Shown piece by piece: positions 14,093-25,867 of a stretch of DNA of 64,000 bases (positions are counted from its first letter, which is position 1; every line of letters begins with the position of its first letter). The notes below the pieces were generated by a model. That model searched no databases, was not told the origin of the DNA, and saw only the letters and a list, made by a program, of their open reading frames with translations. Source of the DNA: Octopus vulgaris (lineage: Eukaryota). The position numbers were made by a program, and so were the translations under genes. The stretch spans positions 47,306,001 through 47,370,000 of the forward strand of contig OX597824.1 in NCBI GenBank assembly GCA_951406725.2, given 5' to 3'.

Positions 14093-15203
14093 GCACACAG
14101 TCAGCTGGGGACACTTCTGTAGTTACGCCAATTTATTCTACAATACTAAAAAGATATTCTAGTGCGAATAAATTAAGCGAAATGGTTCACTTGCAACAAC
14201 AGCTTCATATTTGAGTAAAATGGGGAAAAAAACTCGTTTTTACCCCGCAAAACTCGACTTCAATTGAAAAAAAAGGAAGGAATTTATTGATATATATCCA
14301 AGAATGTGGGAATATGTAACAAAAGAGAACCTAAAACCTAACTTCGCCAAAAAATATTAACAAATTGCAGGTGTCAGAGAAAATTTTAAAAACTGATGAA
14401 ATGGTTCCCAATCCCATGTGAAACAATTCACTTCACCTACTGCACAAAGTCCTTGCAAAAGGCATGAATGTCATAAAATCTCATTACCACTATTTATGCA
14501 CATGCTTTTTACGCACAACGACATTTAGTATTTCACATTCAATTTAAGAAACATGTACTGTGCCGAGTGGCTGTAGCGATAAAGCAATTGGTGAGCCGAA
14601 TTTACAAGCCTGTTGTTGTTTCACTTCATACATATAGTGTAATGCCCTTGAGAAAAATTCTATTACAAAATTTCATTTACTCTTCCTTGAGAAAAATCCT
14701 AACGCAAAATTTCATTTACCCTCCCTACAAACTGAAAAGACTCGACAAATATAATAAACATGTACTTGTGTCATCAAAGGAGCATTGCTAATGTGTCTTT
14801 ATATCATAAACTCTTAAAGAAATTATTGTATTATTTTCGTCATAATCAATGTTCTCAATAACAAAAGGGAGTAAAAAAAGAAATATGCATAAAATATTTT
14901 ATTTTATTATAAAATCTGAGTGATGGGGAATGTTTCAATCCCTTCCAGAAATAGTCGCCATAGTATTGATAGTGGCATCGTTGTGAGAAATCGATAAGTT
15001 TAAGAATTTGAAATAAAAGGGTGGGAGAGTTAAGCTAAATGAATAATTGAAAGAGAATCTTTTCAGATTATAAAATCGACGGTTGTTTAAGGTAATGACA
15101 TTACAGTTAGAAAAAAAAGGAATTCTTTAGGTGCCAATAATCTACAAAAACAACAGCAAATAGGAGAGTATGACAACAAAGGACAAGGAAAAAAATAAAG
15201 GCA

Positions 15204-15235
<32 letters not shown>

Positions 15236-15246
15236 AATAAACTTAC

Positions 15247-15500
15247 CCTCCTTGCGCATCAACAAACTCCTCGTCTCCGCTACTCCCCAGCGGGGAATAA
15301 TTCCTCTTCACAGCATTAACTTCTTTCAAACTATCGACTTGGTATTTCAATTCATCGATTTTGATGAGCAAGTTTTCCAAAACTCCAAAAACATGCCTAT
15401 CATTTGTGTATTTCATGAACAGGATAGATCCTCCGGCACCGAGGATGAATCCTACTCCAAGAGCAAGGAAAGTAGCAGAGGAGGCTTTGAATAGCATCAT
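15247..15500 (-). CDS. RMDN3: First coding exon of an RMDN2/RMDN3 (FAM82/PTPIP51)-like regulator of microtubule dynamics protein
   Basis: MMLFKASSATFLALGVGFILGAGGSILFMKY (Gly-rich TM anchor), then LENLLIKIDELKYQVDSLKEV (heptad coiled coil), then SSGDEEFVDAQ (acidic tract plus FFAT-like core, consensus EFFDAxE). Ends at a perfect donor GG|GTAAGT (15246-15241). The TM-coiled coil-FFAT order matches RMDN2/3, and head-to-head linkage to GCHFR mirrors human RMDN3. The diagnostic TPR exons are outside the window, so the symbol is tentative. Confidence 0.65.
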
Positions 15501-15580
15501 CTCCGCTGCGACCAGCAATGGTAAAAGGTGGTAAGGGCACCAGTGGCACGATGTCTACTGCTGTCAACTGGAGTAGCCAT
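15497..15580 (-). other. 27-codon upstream ORF whose stop overlaps the RMDN-like start codons
   Basis: ATG in strong context (gatcATGG: A at -3, G at +4) encodes MATPVDSSRHRATGALTTFYHCWSQRR*. Its TGA lies within agATGATG, overlapping both main ATGs. Confidence 0.5.
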
Positions 15581-16250
15581 GATCAACAGTCCTAAGGCAC
15601 TCTTCATATAACGCATTGTTTCAACAAATCACGCCCCTCCACTCATCCACAACATTATTACTGCTGCTGATATTACAATTACTACACTCTCTATCGTTGT
15701 CACATTAATCACAAAACTGACAATAGCAAACCTTTATCTTACTGTCATTTAATAAACCTGATATATATTTCGAAGGCAGTTTAATTTCCATCGTACTCCA
15801 TGTTTATTTGCGGACGAAAATTTTATCTCTTCTGTTAAAAGATCGTCGAAGAAGCCTCTTTTTAGCAAAGAGTTCCTTGACGTCGAGGAAGATAATTTTT
15901 TTCTATTTGTATGGTAAACCATACGCATTATACCTTATATTTATTTAATGGAAGTAAACAGTTATAAGTTATTCCCTGTATATTGTATGGACAATGATAG
16001 CTATAAATGAGCATTACTATGTGTATTTAAAGTTTGCAGATGTTAACAAAATAGATTTTATTTATCGCCTTAACTATGCTTATTTTATGAAAATGACAGC
16101 CAGCAGACAAATTACTCAGGGACGTCATATGCATCAAAAATAGAGAGTTAAGTTGATGCTAACGTACTTAATGTAGTGAAGAATTTATTATTATTATTCT
16201 AGTATTACGCTCGTACTGAGGAGAAAATTCTTTCTTTATTTTTTTTTTAA
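15581..16250 (-). promoter_or_regulatory. Probable promoter/5' flank of the RMDN-like gene (CpG-retaining)
   Basis: Frequent CpGs (e.g. tgacgtcga, ggacgtcat, cacgcccc GC-box-like) directly upstream of exon 1, against strongly CpG-depleted sequence at 1-12.5 kb. Confidence 0.4.
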
Positions 16251-16955
16251 TTATTATTTCAAGCCCTCCAAAAAAGTCAAGTGAGATAACTTCGAAATTT
16301 AAATGAATTAAAAGGGGACATGCAATAGAAAGTGAGCCTGATCTTTGGCAAGCATGATGACAATTTCGATCGAGTTTCGGTATTATTTGACACCCTCAGC
16401 AAGTTATAGTTTTCACCAGTACTTGCCAACAACTTAAAAGTATGGGTCCAGAAACACCAGCATGAAAAATAAACAACCAGATCAATGCTGGTATACTTAA
16501 TGTAGTAACACAAAAAAAAATTGTAATCAATTACCTACAAATCTATAATGAGAAGAAAAAGTAACCATAATCTTTGTTATTAATTCTGGTCTAGTAAGTA
16601 CTATATAAGACTGTTTTTCTACACAAACATATGCAAAGTCATTAACATATTTACCAAAGATCAGACTTACACCCTACTTTATATTTTGAACTTGTCTGTG
16701 TTTGTTTTGTTTTTCATTTTATAGTTTTTAACCAGGATAAATCATTAAGATAAATTATCTTTCTCTCTTTCCAACTACTACTACTACTGATACATTTTAA
16801 TTAATTAAAATATATTTTGGTTCACAAAATTAAGTTATATAAACACTGGCTTAACTTTTATGAAGCCAATGACGTCCCTGAGTTATTGTTCTCCCTCAAC
16901 ACCATTATCCTTTCAAGTTGTGTCTCCTATCCATGTTTATTCATTCAAACTCTTT

Positions 16956-19133
16956 CAGGGTTGGCAATTTGGCATATTTTATGCAAGATCTAGCCTTTTT
17001 TTTTTTTTTTTTTTTCAGCATTTAACTGAAAATTTTTTAATCTAGCATTTAGCAGGGAAAATAGCACGTTTAAAATTTTATTTAGCATTTTTTTAGCATT
17101 TTTCTCTTATGACATTTCCACAATAGTTACCTTTTTTTCCTTCTATTTCCTCCTTTTCTACTTTCGTTGAAGTATCTTACAGCCAAATTGAGTACTATCG
17201 GCTATTGTTGAATTATTCTTTCACTTGAAACTTCAAATGAAAGTTTATCAAAAGGAAGTTTATCAAATTATGAACTTTTCGAGCCCACCCACCCTACCGA
17301 CTTGGATACAGAGTGGTGCTGGTGGGGGAGGGGAAGTAGATAACTCATGTCAGCACTTGAACTCACAACACAATAATGTAAATATGTTGCAAAGAAGGAA
17401 AGCATGGAAATTCGTTCTAACAATGCTTTATTCTGTAGTGATGTACATAATGTGCAAATATTGTGAAAAATGTTCTAGCTCCATATTTTGATGGAGATTT
17501 GATTTCTGATATAGGAGATATAAATTTAGCCTGTTATTAGATGAATGCAATGATATAGCGATAAACAAGTTGTTAGGAATTATTATTATCATATATTATA
17601 GTGACACTCACAAAAAAGTGGTACATACAGATCTCAGTATGGTATCTTTAGAAACATGTGATGCAGATGGCATTGTAGATGCCTTAAAAATTGAATTAGT
17701 GAAAAAGAAATTAGATATAAAAATTTTACTGGCTATAGGAACCGACAATGCTAGAGTAATGAGTCAACAATGGTGTTTTCCAGAAATTAAAGAAATTCCA
17801 TCATTACTTCTATTTGGATGTGTATGCTTACCCATAAATTTAGAATTTTTAGAATCTGAAACCTATAAATGGTCCTCTCATTCTTCAACAAGATAAAGTG
17901 CCTACAAACAACTTTACCTTGCTATCAATGATAAAGAGCCTTTGAAGATCCTGAATTCTTGTACAACTAGGTGGCTGTCAATAGAACCAGCAGTACATAA
18001 AATTTTAAGCCAATGGTTTGAATTGCAAACTCACTTCCAAACTACAACTACAAAAGAAAAATGCTTTACAGTACAAATGTTACATGAGATGTCTCATGAT
18101 TCTAGGAAAGAACTTTACCTTTTATTTTTGCATCCAATTTTAAAACATGTTCAAGAAGTGAATAAACTGTTTGAATCAAACACTGTCAACAAAACAAAAT
18201 TACTTGAAGGTCTTTTAAATTCAATCAAACCTGTTGCTAATATGATAGTGTTGCCAACATGTAGAATTGATGCTCTTGATCCTCATGCTTCTATTGAAAA
18301 ATTTCTGAATCCTAAACCAAATTTAGGCTACAGGTTAGAGAGAAAGATAGCAGAAATGATTATCAAGAGAACTATAACAGCCACCAAAGAAAATAATATT
18401 TGCAAAAGAGCACAACAATTTTTACTCTGCCTTTGTAAAGAGCTCGAACACTGTTTACCAGGAAATATCAATATACTGAGGAATATCAAATGTTTTTCAG
18501 TAGAGAATATTTTGCAGCATTTCAAAGAGCCAATTTTACCTGTCTTAGAAGCAATGCATTTAAATGAAAAAATAATTGCTTCAATTGAAATTCAGTTTAA
18601 TAGCATTCATTTAGTTAAATGGACAAATACATCTAATACTGAGGCATTCTGACTGGAAGTCTTGGAATATAAAGATGCTACTGGAGGAAATCCTTTTAGA
18701 GATGTTGCAAATTTTGCCATTAATCTATTCACATTGCCAAACTCAAATGCAGAAGTTGAACAGTTGTTCTATAGTATGGATGTAATCAAATCAAAATTGA
18801 AAATGCATCTTCCTATGCTTAGATCAATACTGTCTATAAAATATGGCCTGAAAAGATATGGCAAATATTGCAAAAACTTCGCTATTCCAAAACGCATAAT
18901 TAACAAGATTGGGACCTTGAATGTATACAGAAGTCAAGACCTAGGCACTACAGCTGAAAGTGAGCAAATCAGTGAAATTCAAGAAATTATTTCTCAATAC
19001 TGAATATAATTAAAGAAAATAAATAAAAATTAAGCTTTTTGATATAATTAGTCTTTAGCATTTTTTAGCAATTTTTTGGTATTTTTTCTACTGAAATTTA
19101 GCATAAAATTCTGATTTTAAGTTGGCAACACTG
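16956..19133 (+). mobile_element. hAT DNA transposon (Blackjack-like), non-functional
   Basis: TIRs cagggttggcaattt / aagttggcaacactg (12/15 match). Perfect 8-bp TSD aactcttt at 16948-16955 and 19134-19141. Subterminal tttagcatt repeats at both ends. Confidence 0.9.
17530..19003 (+). pseudogene. Fragmented hAT transposase
   Basis: Motifs LLLDECND, GTDNARVM, TTRWLS and LPNSNAEVEQLF (hATC dimerisation region) are spread over ORFs 17570-17896, 17942-18652 and 18662-19003 by indels and stops. Confidence 0.85.
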
Positions 19134-20079
19134 AACTCTTTATATCCCTCAATCACCTTACGGTCTGCTAGCACTGGTAAAGGTTTTACTGAGGAGGTTA
19201 AGTAAGACCAAAATATGTCAGGAGTAAATTTACTTTCATAAGTAAATTTACTTATGAAAGGTCAGGCCCATACTCTCCGTATACATATCCAATAATTAAA
19301 TAATTTTAATTTTGAAATTGTTCCCCTACTTTTCTTGAGCTGAATAAACTAGTAATGAATGGGGTAATCTTTTTAGTAAACATTTTTGTTTTACTACATT
19401 AAGTATGTTAGTACCAAAGCAGCTCATTTAGGTCAGCCTTATCTTCTTTTCATTTTATCTTATCAGTGGAAGGGATCACACTGCATGAAGGCAGCATTGT
19501 CCATTCTTATCAGGAGGATGAAGAATTGAATGAGATAAGATGAGTTAATGACATCAGTTTATTCGTGGGTGGAAGGGAACAATAGAAGAAAGCTAGTTAT
19601 TAAACTGAATAATTAAGTATATCACTAGATGGTAGGATTGTTTTAACAGAAACATGATTCAGATGTCGAGAATCCAAGCAGGTGTAGTAGAAGGATCCAA
19701 GTAAACAAAATGTGCAGTCAGCAAGTTGTAACAAACTGAGTTTATTAAAGCAAAATGTAATAGTACAGCAATTGATTAGAAATACTCATTTAGGTAGGAT
19801 TTGGTGAGTGACTTTCTGTTGAATACGGTGTCAGATGCCAGTGAGACATCAAAGAAGAGGAAGAATTATCTCATATGTATGGAGGAGTGTTTATTGATTG
19901 CAGCAACTCAAGTATTTGATGGGTACTTTATTTATTGACCCCAGAGGGATGAAAAGCAAAGTTGACCTTAGTGGTATTTAAAATGTAAACTGTAAATTGA
20001 AATGTAAAGAACTGAAAGAAATGTCACAAAGTATTCTTCCCAATGCTTAATTCTCCCAGCTCACTGCTTTAGAGTAAGC

Positions 20080-20574
20080 CACTGTAAAAATAGAATGCTA
20101 TTACTAGGACACACACCAAACAGCATTCACCTTAAGCATCTTAAATCTTCATATCCAGACAGCTTCTAAGTATTTACTTAGCAATACTATATTTTAAATA
20201 ATACTAAAGTAAAACTGAGTTAGGCTATTTAACAAGATAAGCAACAACTTGCAAACTTTTCAAGGATCAACTTCTCTTATATTATATTAATAATAGAAAA
20301 AATTATCAGAAATACATTGAGTGAAGCTAGTGGTAATTAACTGAATATTATTAATGAAAAGAAGAGAGATAATAGGAGAGAAGCTGATCCCCGAAAAGTT
20401 TGCAAGTTGTTACTTGTCTTGTAAAATAACCTAATTCAGTTTTACTTCATTAATACTTAAAATATAGGGTTGCTAAGTAAATACTTAGAAGCTGTCTGGA
20501 TATGAAGCTCTAAGATACTTGAGGTGAATGTTGTTTGGTCAGTGTCCTAGCAATAGCGTTCTATTTTTACAGTG
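20080..20574. mobile_element. CACTA/CMC-EnSpm-type non-autonomous fold-back element
   Basis: Termini CACTGTAAAAATAGAA / TTCTATTTTTACAGTG, with a 2-bp direct repeat GC on both sides (20078-79, 20575-76). Imperfect inverted arms run ~200 bp each around an ~85-bp spacer. Confidence 0.8.
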
Positions 20575-21399
20575 GCATACTGCTAGCCTCAAATTTGAGA
20601 TTTAAAATATGGTCTCTGTTTTAAAGAGACTTGAAATTTTCAAAAGGGATATTTAACAACTAGTTTAAAAAATCTTGACCAAATTGATAAAAGCTCATAC
20701 ACTGGCTTGTTGGAGCTCTTTCTATTGATATGTTATGGTCCAATGAAAAGATATCCAATCAAAAGTCTTTAAATTATATTCATGCATACTAAAAGCTCTG
20801 TCATGATATATACAGTTGTTATAACAAACTCTTTGCATTGTTGTCACATGACAATTGTACTGTGGTTGCTAATACCACTACAAATAGCAATCTGTTATGA
20901 AACGATGCTGGCTCAACATGTATTCTTTACTACTGCTTACCTGCAAAAAGACTTTAGCCTTCCATCTGTATATGAAATATATAACACTCTTAGCACACGG
21001 CCAATTTTTAACCCCACTCAAACTAGCTTCAAATATCTTACTGTAAGTAAAGTTACTAATATAATGCTAGCCTCGATCTTGTTTTGTTTTTTGTTTTTTT
21101 GTATTTTTAAATTTAGCTCATTATCTAGATGTTTTGGATCCCTGAGCAGAATTCTTTTTTAATTATATCCTTCATTTGTTGATATCTGAGATGCTCTTCA
21201 ATATATATATTTATATTCACCCTAGAGTTTTGTATGGATAACAAAGTTCCAGTTGTTGAATTGTTTGTATGAGTCTTACAGTCTATCCTGCTTCCCAAAC
21301 TGTAATTGGTCCTTTTAGTCACTTGGCAAAAGGATTTCAACCAACTTTACAAAGTCCTCCTGACCTACACTTCTCAAATATAATGGTTGAGTATGACCT

Positions 21400-22500
21400 G
21401 CAGAGAAAGTCTCTGCATTTGCATCCAACTCCCCATAGTGCACACTAGTTCAATCTTCTCTAAAACTACCCTTATCCACTCCACGGACACACCACCATCT
21501 ACATAAACACATCAAGTACATAAGTACCTCTGGTCACTTCATATCAGCAAGGCCACTAGTCATTACAATCCCCTTTCCATTATTCTTGATGTATCCCAAA
21601 GTTAGTCATTAACCACACTAAATGCTTTGATCTCTCTATCTTCTTGAATATATCCAGAACTTTAAAAACAGTGCAGTGTAACACTTTCCTTTTGTCCCTG
21701 CCAGACATCATTCTATCATATTCATTTCCAACATCTAAAAGGTATGGAAGCAGTCTAACAAACACCATCTTCAATCCTTCTGTTTTAATAATGACTTGGT
21801 ATGGCTTTCATAAATTAAGATCTATTGGGGATCAAATCATCAATGTCACTCACTAGTGAGCCCTCATCCTCAAGTAATTAGCTGAAAACAGTGTTTTGCA
21901 CTTGACATAAGCAAAACATTTAACCACTTGTTTAATATGCAAGTCTCCTAGAAAAACCAATTAACCTTGTGATTCATCTCGCATCTCTTGAGTCAGTAAC
22001 CTCCTGTCAGGTCCCAGCATCACAACACGTGTTGATTGTCCTCTCTCTGGTCTACACAGTATCAATACTGGTGTGCCTCAAGGTTTTTGTCCATTGCACT
22101 CTTCCTCCTATACATCAGTGACTTGTTTACTATCACTCCAACAATGCCCACTCCTATGCAGATGATACTACCCTTAATTCTCCTAACTTTCCCCATCCAA
22201 ATTTCATCTATGTACAATCAAGACACCTCCTACCAAATCTGCATTGATTCCATGTATTGGAACTTCAAAAATATTATGCAATGATGTCATGCCTGTCTTA
22301 TTTCCTTAAGCAACACACAAAGTTACCATGTGTATTAAGAAAACCATATCCTACCCCTCCTCCTAAATATAAACAGTATACAGCTAGAACTCTCAACATC
22401 ACTACAAATGCTAGGTCATACTACCACAGAGTTTTTCTCCTGGAGAATGGACATCTTCAGTATAGCACAGACAGCATCTTTAAGACAAACCTTATTCTTT
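21400..22500 (+). mobile_element. Degenerate LINE reverse-transcriptase remnant (Jockey/CR1-like group)
   Basis: Frameshifted RT motifs YGFHKLRSIGDQ, ALDISKTF, INTGVPQG, LFLLYISDL and SYADDTTL at ~21790-22180. Confidence 0.7.
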
Positions 22501-22956
22501 AAGGCAAAAAAAAAAATGCATCTAGATTCATTTTGTTTGCACAAGACAGGATGGTCACAATTAAAATGTCTTTGCTCATAGGTTTGCTTGATTGGAGCTA
22601 ATATGAGGCTAAACAACAACCACAAGGACAAGATGTTAGATAACGTAATGCTGGGTAAATAACATCTGAGAAAAAAAAAGGTATGTTTTTCACAGCTGGA
22701 ATGTTTTCGATCCTCTGTCTTCCCAATGAAAGCTGACGTGCAGCCAAAGAACAATAGAGCAGTAGGCAGAAAAATCTGGTTTGGTTGGTTTCTACTCTCT
22801 GTCAAGACATTAACTATTTACCACTTGCCAATGGTAAATATTCTCTAGAGACAGGGTGGTCCTTTTAAATCTGATATTGTTGAGGATAGTTGAAATATAA
22901 TCCTCATTAATTATTGAGTATACTAATAGCTATTTAACTTGTTTGTTTATATATTA

Positions 22957-25867
22957 CTGGCAATGCATCCCAACATTGCCCGGGTGTTATGAACTACAGC
23001 CATATTGTATTATTTGTTCCTTTCTTATGGGAAGAATCAACACAGCTGATATATAGTGAACTGGATTACTGGCATAATGGAAGTTATTATTTGTTTAAAA
23101 GTGAAGTGGGGGATGGTACAATTTGCATGGGTTTGCATGAAAGTGCTTTCTGTTCCTAAGAAGGATCACAAACTATGTATTGTTTCATCATATAAAAGGG
23201 GGCTAATGCAATTTTGCCCAGAAATCACAATTTCAAAATTTTAGTTTCCCCCTGTCCCCACTGCAATTTCTTAATTTGTAACTTTTTAATGAATTTTCTT
23301 TATTTATCCATGTAGAAAAATACAGAGATTACGAATCTGGGAAATATATTTTTTTTTTAAAGTTTAATTTTTCTTAAAGAAACATTCCATGCCTCTTCCC
23401 CCACCTTGCCCACCCATCACTTACCTGCTTTCAAAAAGTTAAAAACACCCTATATTTCATTTACATCTGATGTTTCATGCATGTGCAGAATTGTACTGAA
23501 ATAGCAGACATAAAAAATATTAGAGCACCACTAGAAAACCTGACATGCTAGAAACAGCAGATAAATGACATTATTGCTGAAGAAACTTCCCCACTTTCCA
23601 AAAAGCTAGAAGTGAGATATTGGGAGTTTGTAGCTTTTTGAAAGTGATGTGATGGATGGTTGTTTGAGAAGAGGATTTTAGTGTTTCTTCAAGAAAAACG
23701 AATGAAGAAAATTATTAAAGATTTGTACTCTGTTTTTTTCTTGGTGGATTACCAAGAAAATATTTGAAAAAAAGTTTAAAAAATGAAGAGATTGGGATGG
23801 GGACAGATAAAATTAAAATATTGAGAATGTGCTTTTTTTGGGGGGGGGCAATCCTACTCTCCTGTATTGAAAACATATGAATCAGAAGAAATTTAGGAAA
23901 AAGATCATGGTGGATGTGGGGGTGGGGGCACAAATGTCACCTTAGACATGCTAGAAACAACAGGGGAAGAACAGGATTTCTGGGAGAACTTCCTTTTAAA
24001 TTTACATCAAAGATGAGAAACACAAATTACAGAATAGAAAAAGATGATTTCAATTGGATTTGAGCTGTAATTTTGCACATACACATAGCAAGAAATGATA
24101 TAATTCATATAGAAATTTTACCGTGTGTGTATGTGCGTGTGTTTGTTTGTGCATGCATGTATGTGTGTGTGCCAAAGGAAGTTATTTTATAGCATTATTT
24201 CATTTGAAGCAGCAAAGTTGTCAACTCAATCATATGATTGTTCGTTAATTTCAGTAAAAATTTTTTATTTCTTTATGCTTTGAACAGAGCAAAATTTGAA
24301 AGAGAGGACAAAGTGAAAAGGCGACATTTACTTTGAAGTGAGAGCAGAAAGTGAAAGATGTATGTATGTGCATATGAAATGGACATGTTTGTGTGTGTAT
24401 GTTTGCATGTGTGTGTGGGAGAGAGAGAGAGAGAGAATGAATGAAGGAGTGTATTTTCATGTATGTATTTTTTTGCATGTATATGTAGGTGGCACTCACT
24501 CGCTCTCTCTCTCTCACACACACACACATCTTTCAAATACATTTATATAAATACACATGCATACATCTTTTTTGTATGCATCTGCATGTGAGAGAGAAAG
24601 TGAGTGGCTGTATTTCCTCATAACAAATAGAGAAATGGATGTCTTTTAAGGTACACACTCATATAGAAAATGTGACATCATCATCATTGTGATATAAAAT
24701 GTGGTTTTGGATAGTTGAATTATAGAAAAATTATAATGTTAAATTTTTGTAATGCAAATATTTAAATGAAAATAAAGGGTATTTATTAGCCAAAAAATTA
24801 CTGAATCTTTTGATACCCGTACATCAAAATCAGCAACTCAGTTTTCAAATGTATTCGTAAAATTCTGTAAAATTTTTATATTTCTTTATGCTTTGAAGAG
24901 AGCAGATATTGAAAGAGAAGAGAAAGTGAAATCGCAACATTTGCTTTGAAGTGAGAGCAGAAAGTGAAAGATGTATATACATGTATATGAAATGGACTAT
25001 GTGTGCGTGTGTGTGTGTATGTGTGTAAGAGAGAGAGAGGGAAGGAGAGAGAAAGTGAGTGAAGGTGTGTTGTTATATATGTGTAAGTGGCACTTACTCA
25101 GTCTCTCTCTTGCTCTCTGTCTCACACACATCTTTCGTCTACACATACATAAATACATATGCACGCATCTTTTTTGCATATGCATGTGCGTGTGCATGAG
25201 AGAAAGAGAGTGAGTGACTGCATTTTGTCATAACATAGAGAAATGGACGTCTTTTAAGGTAAACACTCTATAGAAAATGTGACGTCGTTGTCATCATCAT
25301 CATGGTATAAGATGTTTATGATAATTGATTTATAGAAAAGATTATAGTGTAAAATTTTTGTAATGCAAATATGTAAATGAAAATAAAGTTTATTTGGTAG
25401 TCATAACCTTACTAAATCTTTTGATATCCCATACGTCAAAATCAGCAACTCGGTTTTCGAATGCATAAGGAAGACACACGTGCACGGACTCACACACACA
25501 CACACACACACACACATAAACTCTCTTTTACATATATGGCAGGCGACCCTGTCTGTCGTTCTCTCTGTCTATCTCTCACATTCCCTGTGTGTGTCTATCT
25601 CTTCCTGTCTCCTCCCCTTCCCTCATATCAGCCACCCTCATTATGCCACATTTTCCTGAACCTAACACTTTTGTACCTCTCTCATTTTATAATGTAATAA
25701 CTCAGCCCCGGTAGTCGGTCCATTATTGATTTTTATTGAAATCCAATTAGTTTTTAATTGAAGTGGATGTTAGTTCAACTTTTATACAAAGTTTGGTGAA
25801 GATTGGTTCCCTGGTTTGGGCAGCAAGATGGTAACAGACAGACAGAAATTGCCATTTATATATAAGA
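22957..25867 (-). mobile_element. Non-autonomous Helitron (~2.9 kb)
   Basis: Minus strand starts A|TCTTATATATAAATGG...CTGTCTGTCTG and ends with a decayed GC hairpin cccgggcaatgttggg followed by CCAG|T (variant of CTAG). Insertion lies between A and T, the typical Helitron signature. Confidence 0.7.
24250..25463 (+). repeat. Two diverged tandem copies of a ~612-bp unit inside the Helitron
   Basis: tttctttatgctttgaa...ctttgaagtgagagcagaaagtgaaagatgtat at ~24270-24363 and ~24882-24975. Unit ends caaaatcagcaactc at ~24825 and ~25437. Confidence 0.85.

Noticed and set aside
14390-14440. ctgatgaaatgg..ccatgtgaaac hammerhead-like spacing
   Set aside because: Extra bases lie between stem II and GAAA, and there is no stem I complementarity.
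16277-16513. ORF with faint similarity to a hAT-Charlie transposase C-terminus
   Set aside because: Only a vague resemblance, with no termini or catalytic motif.
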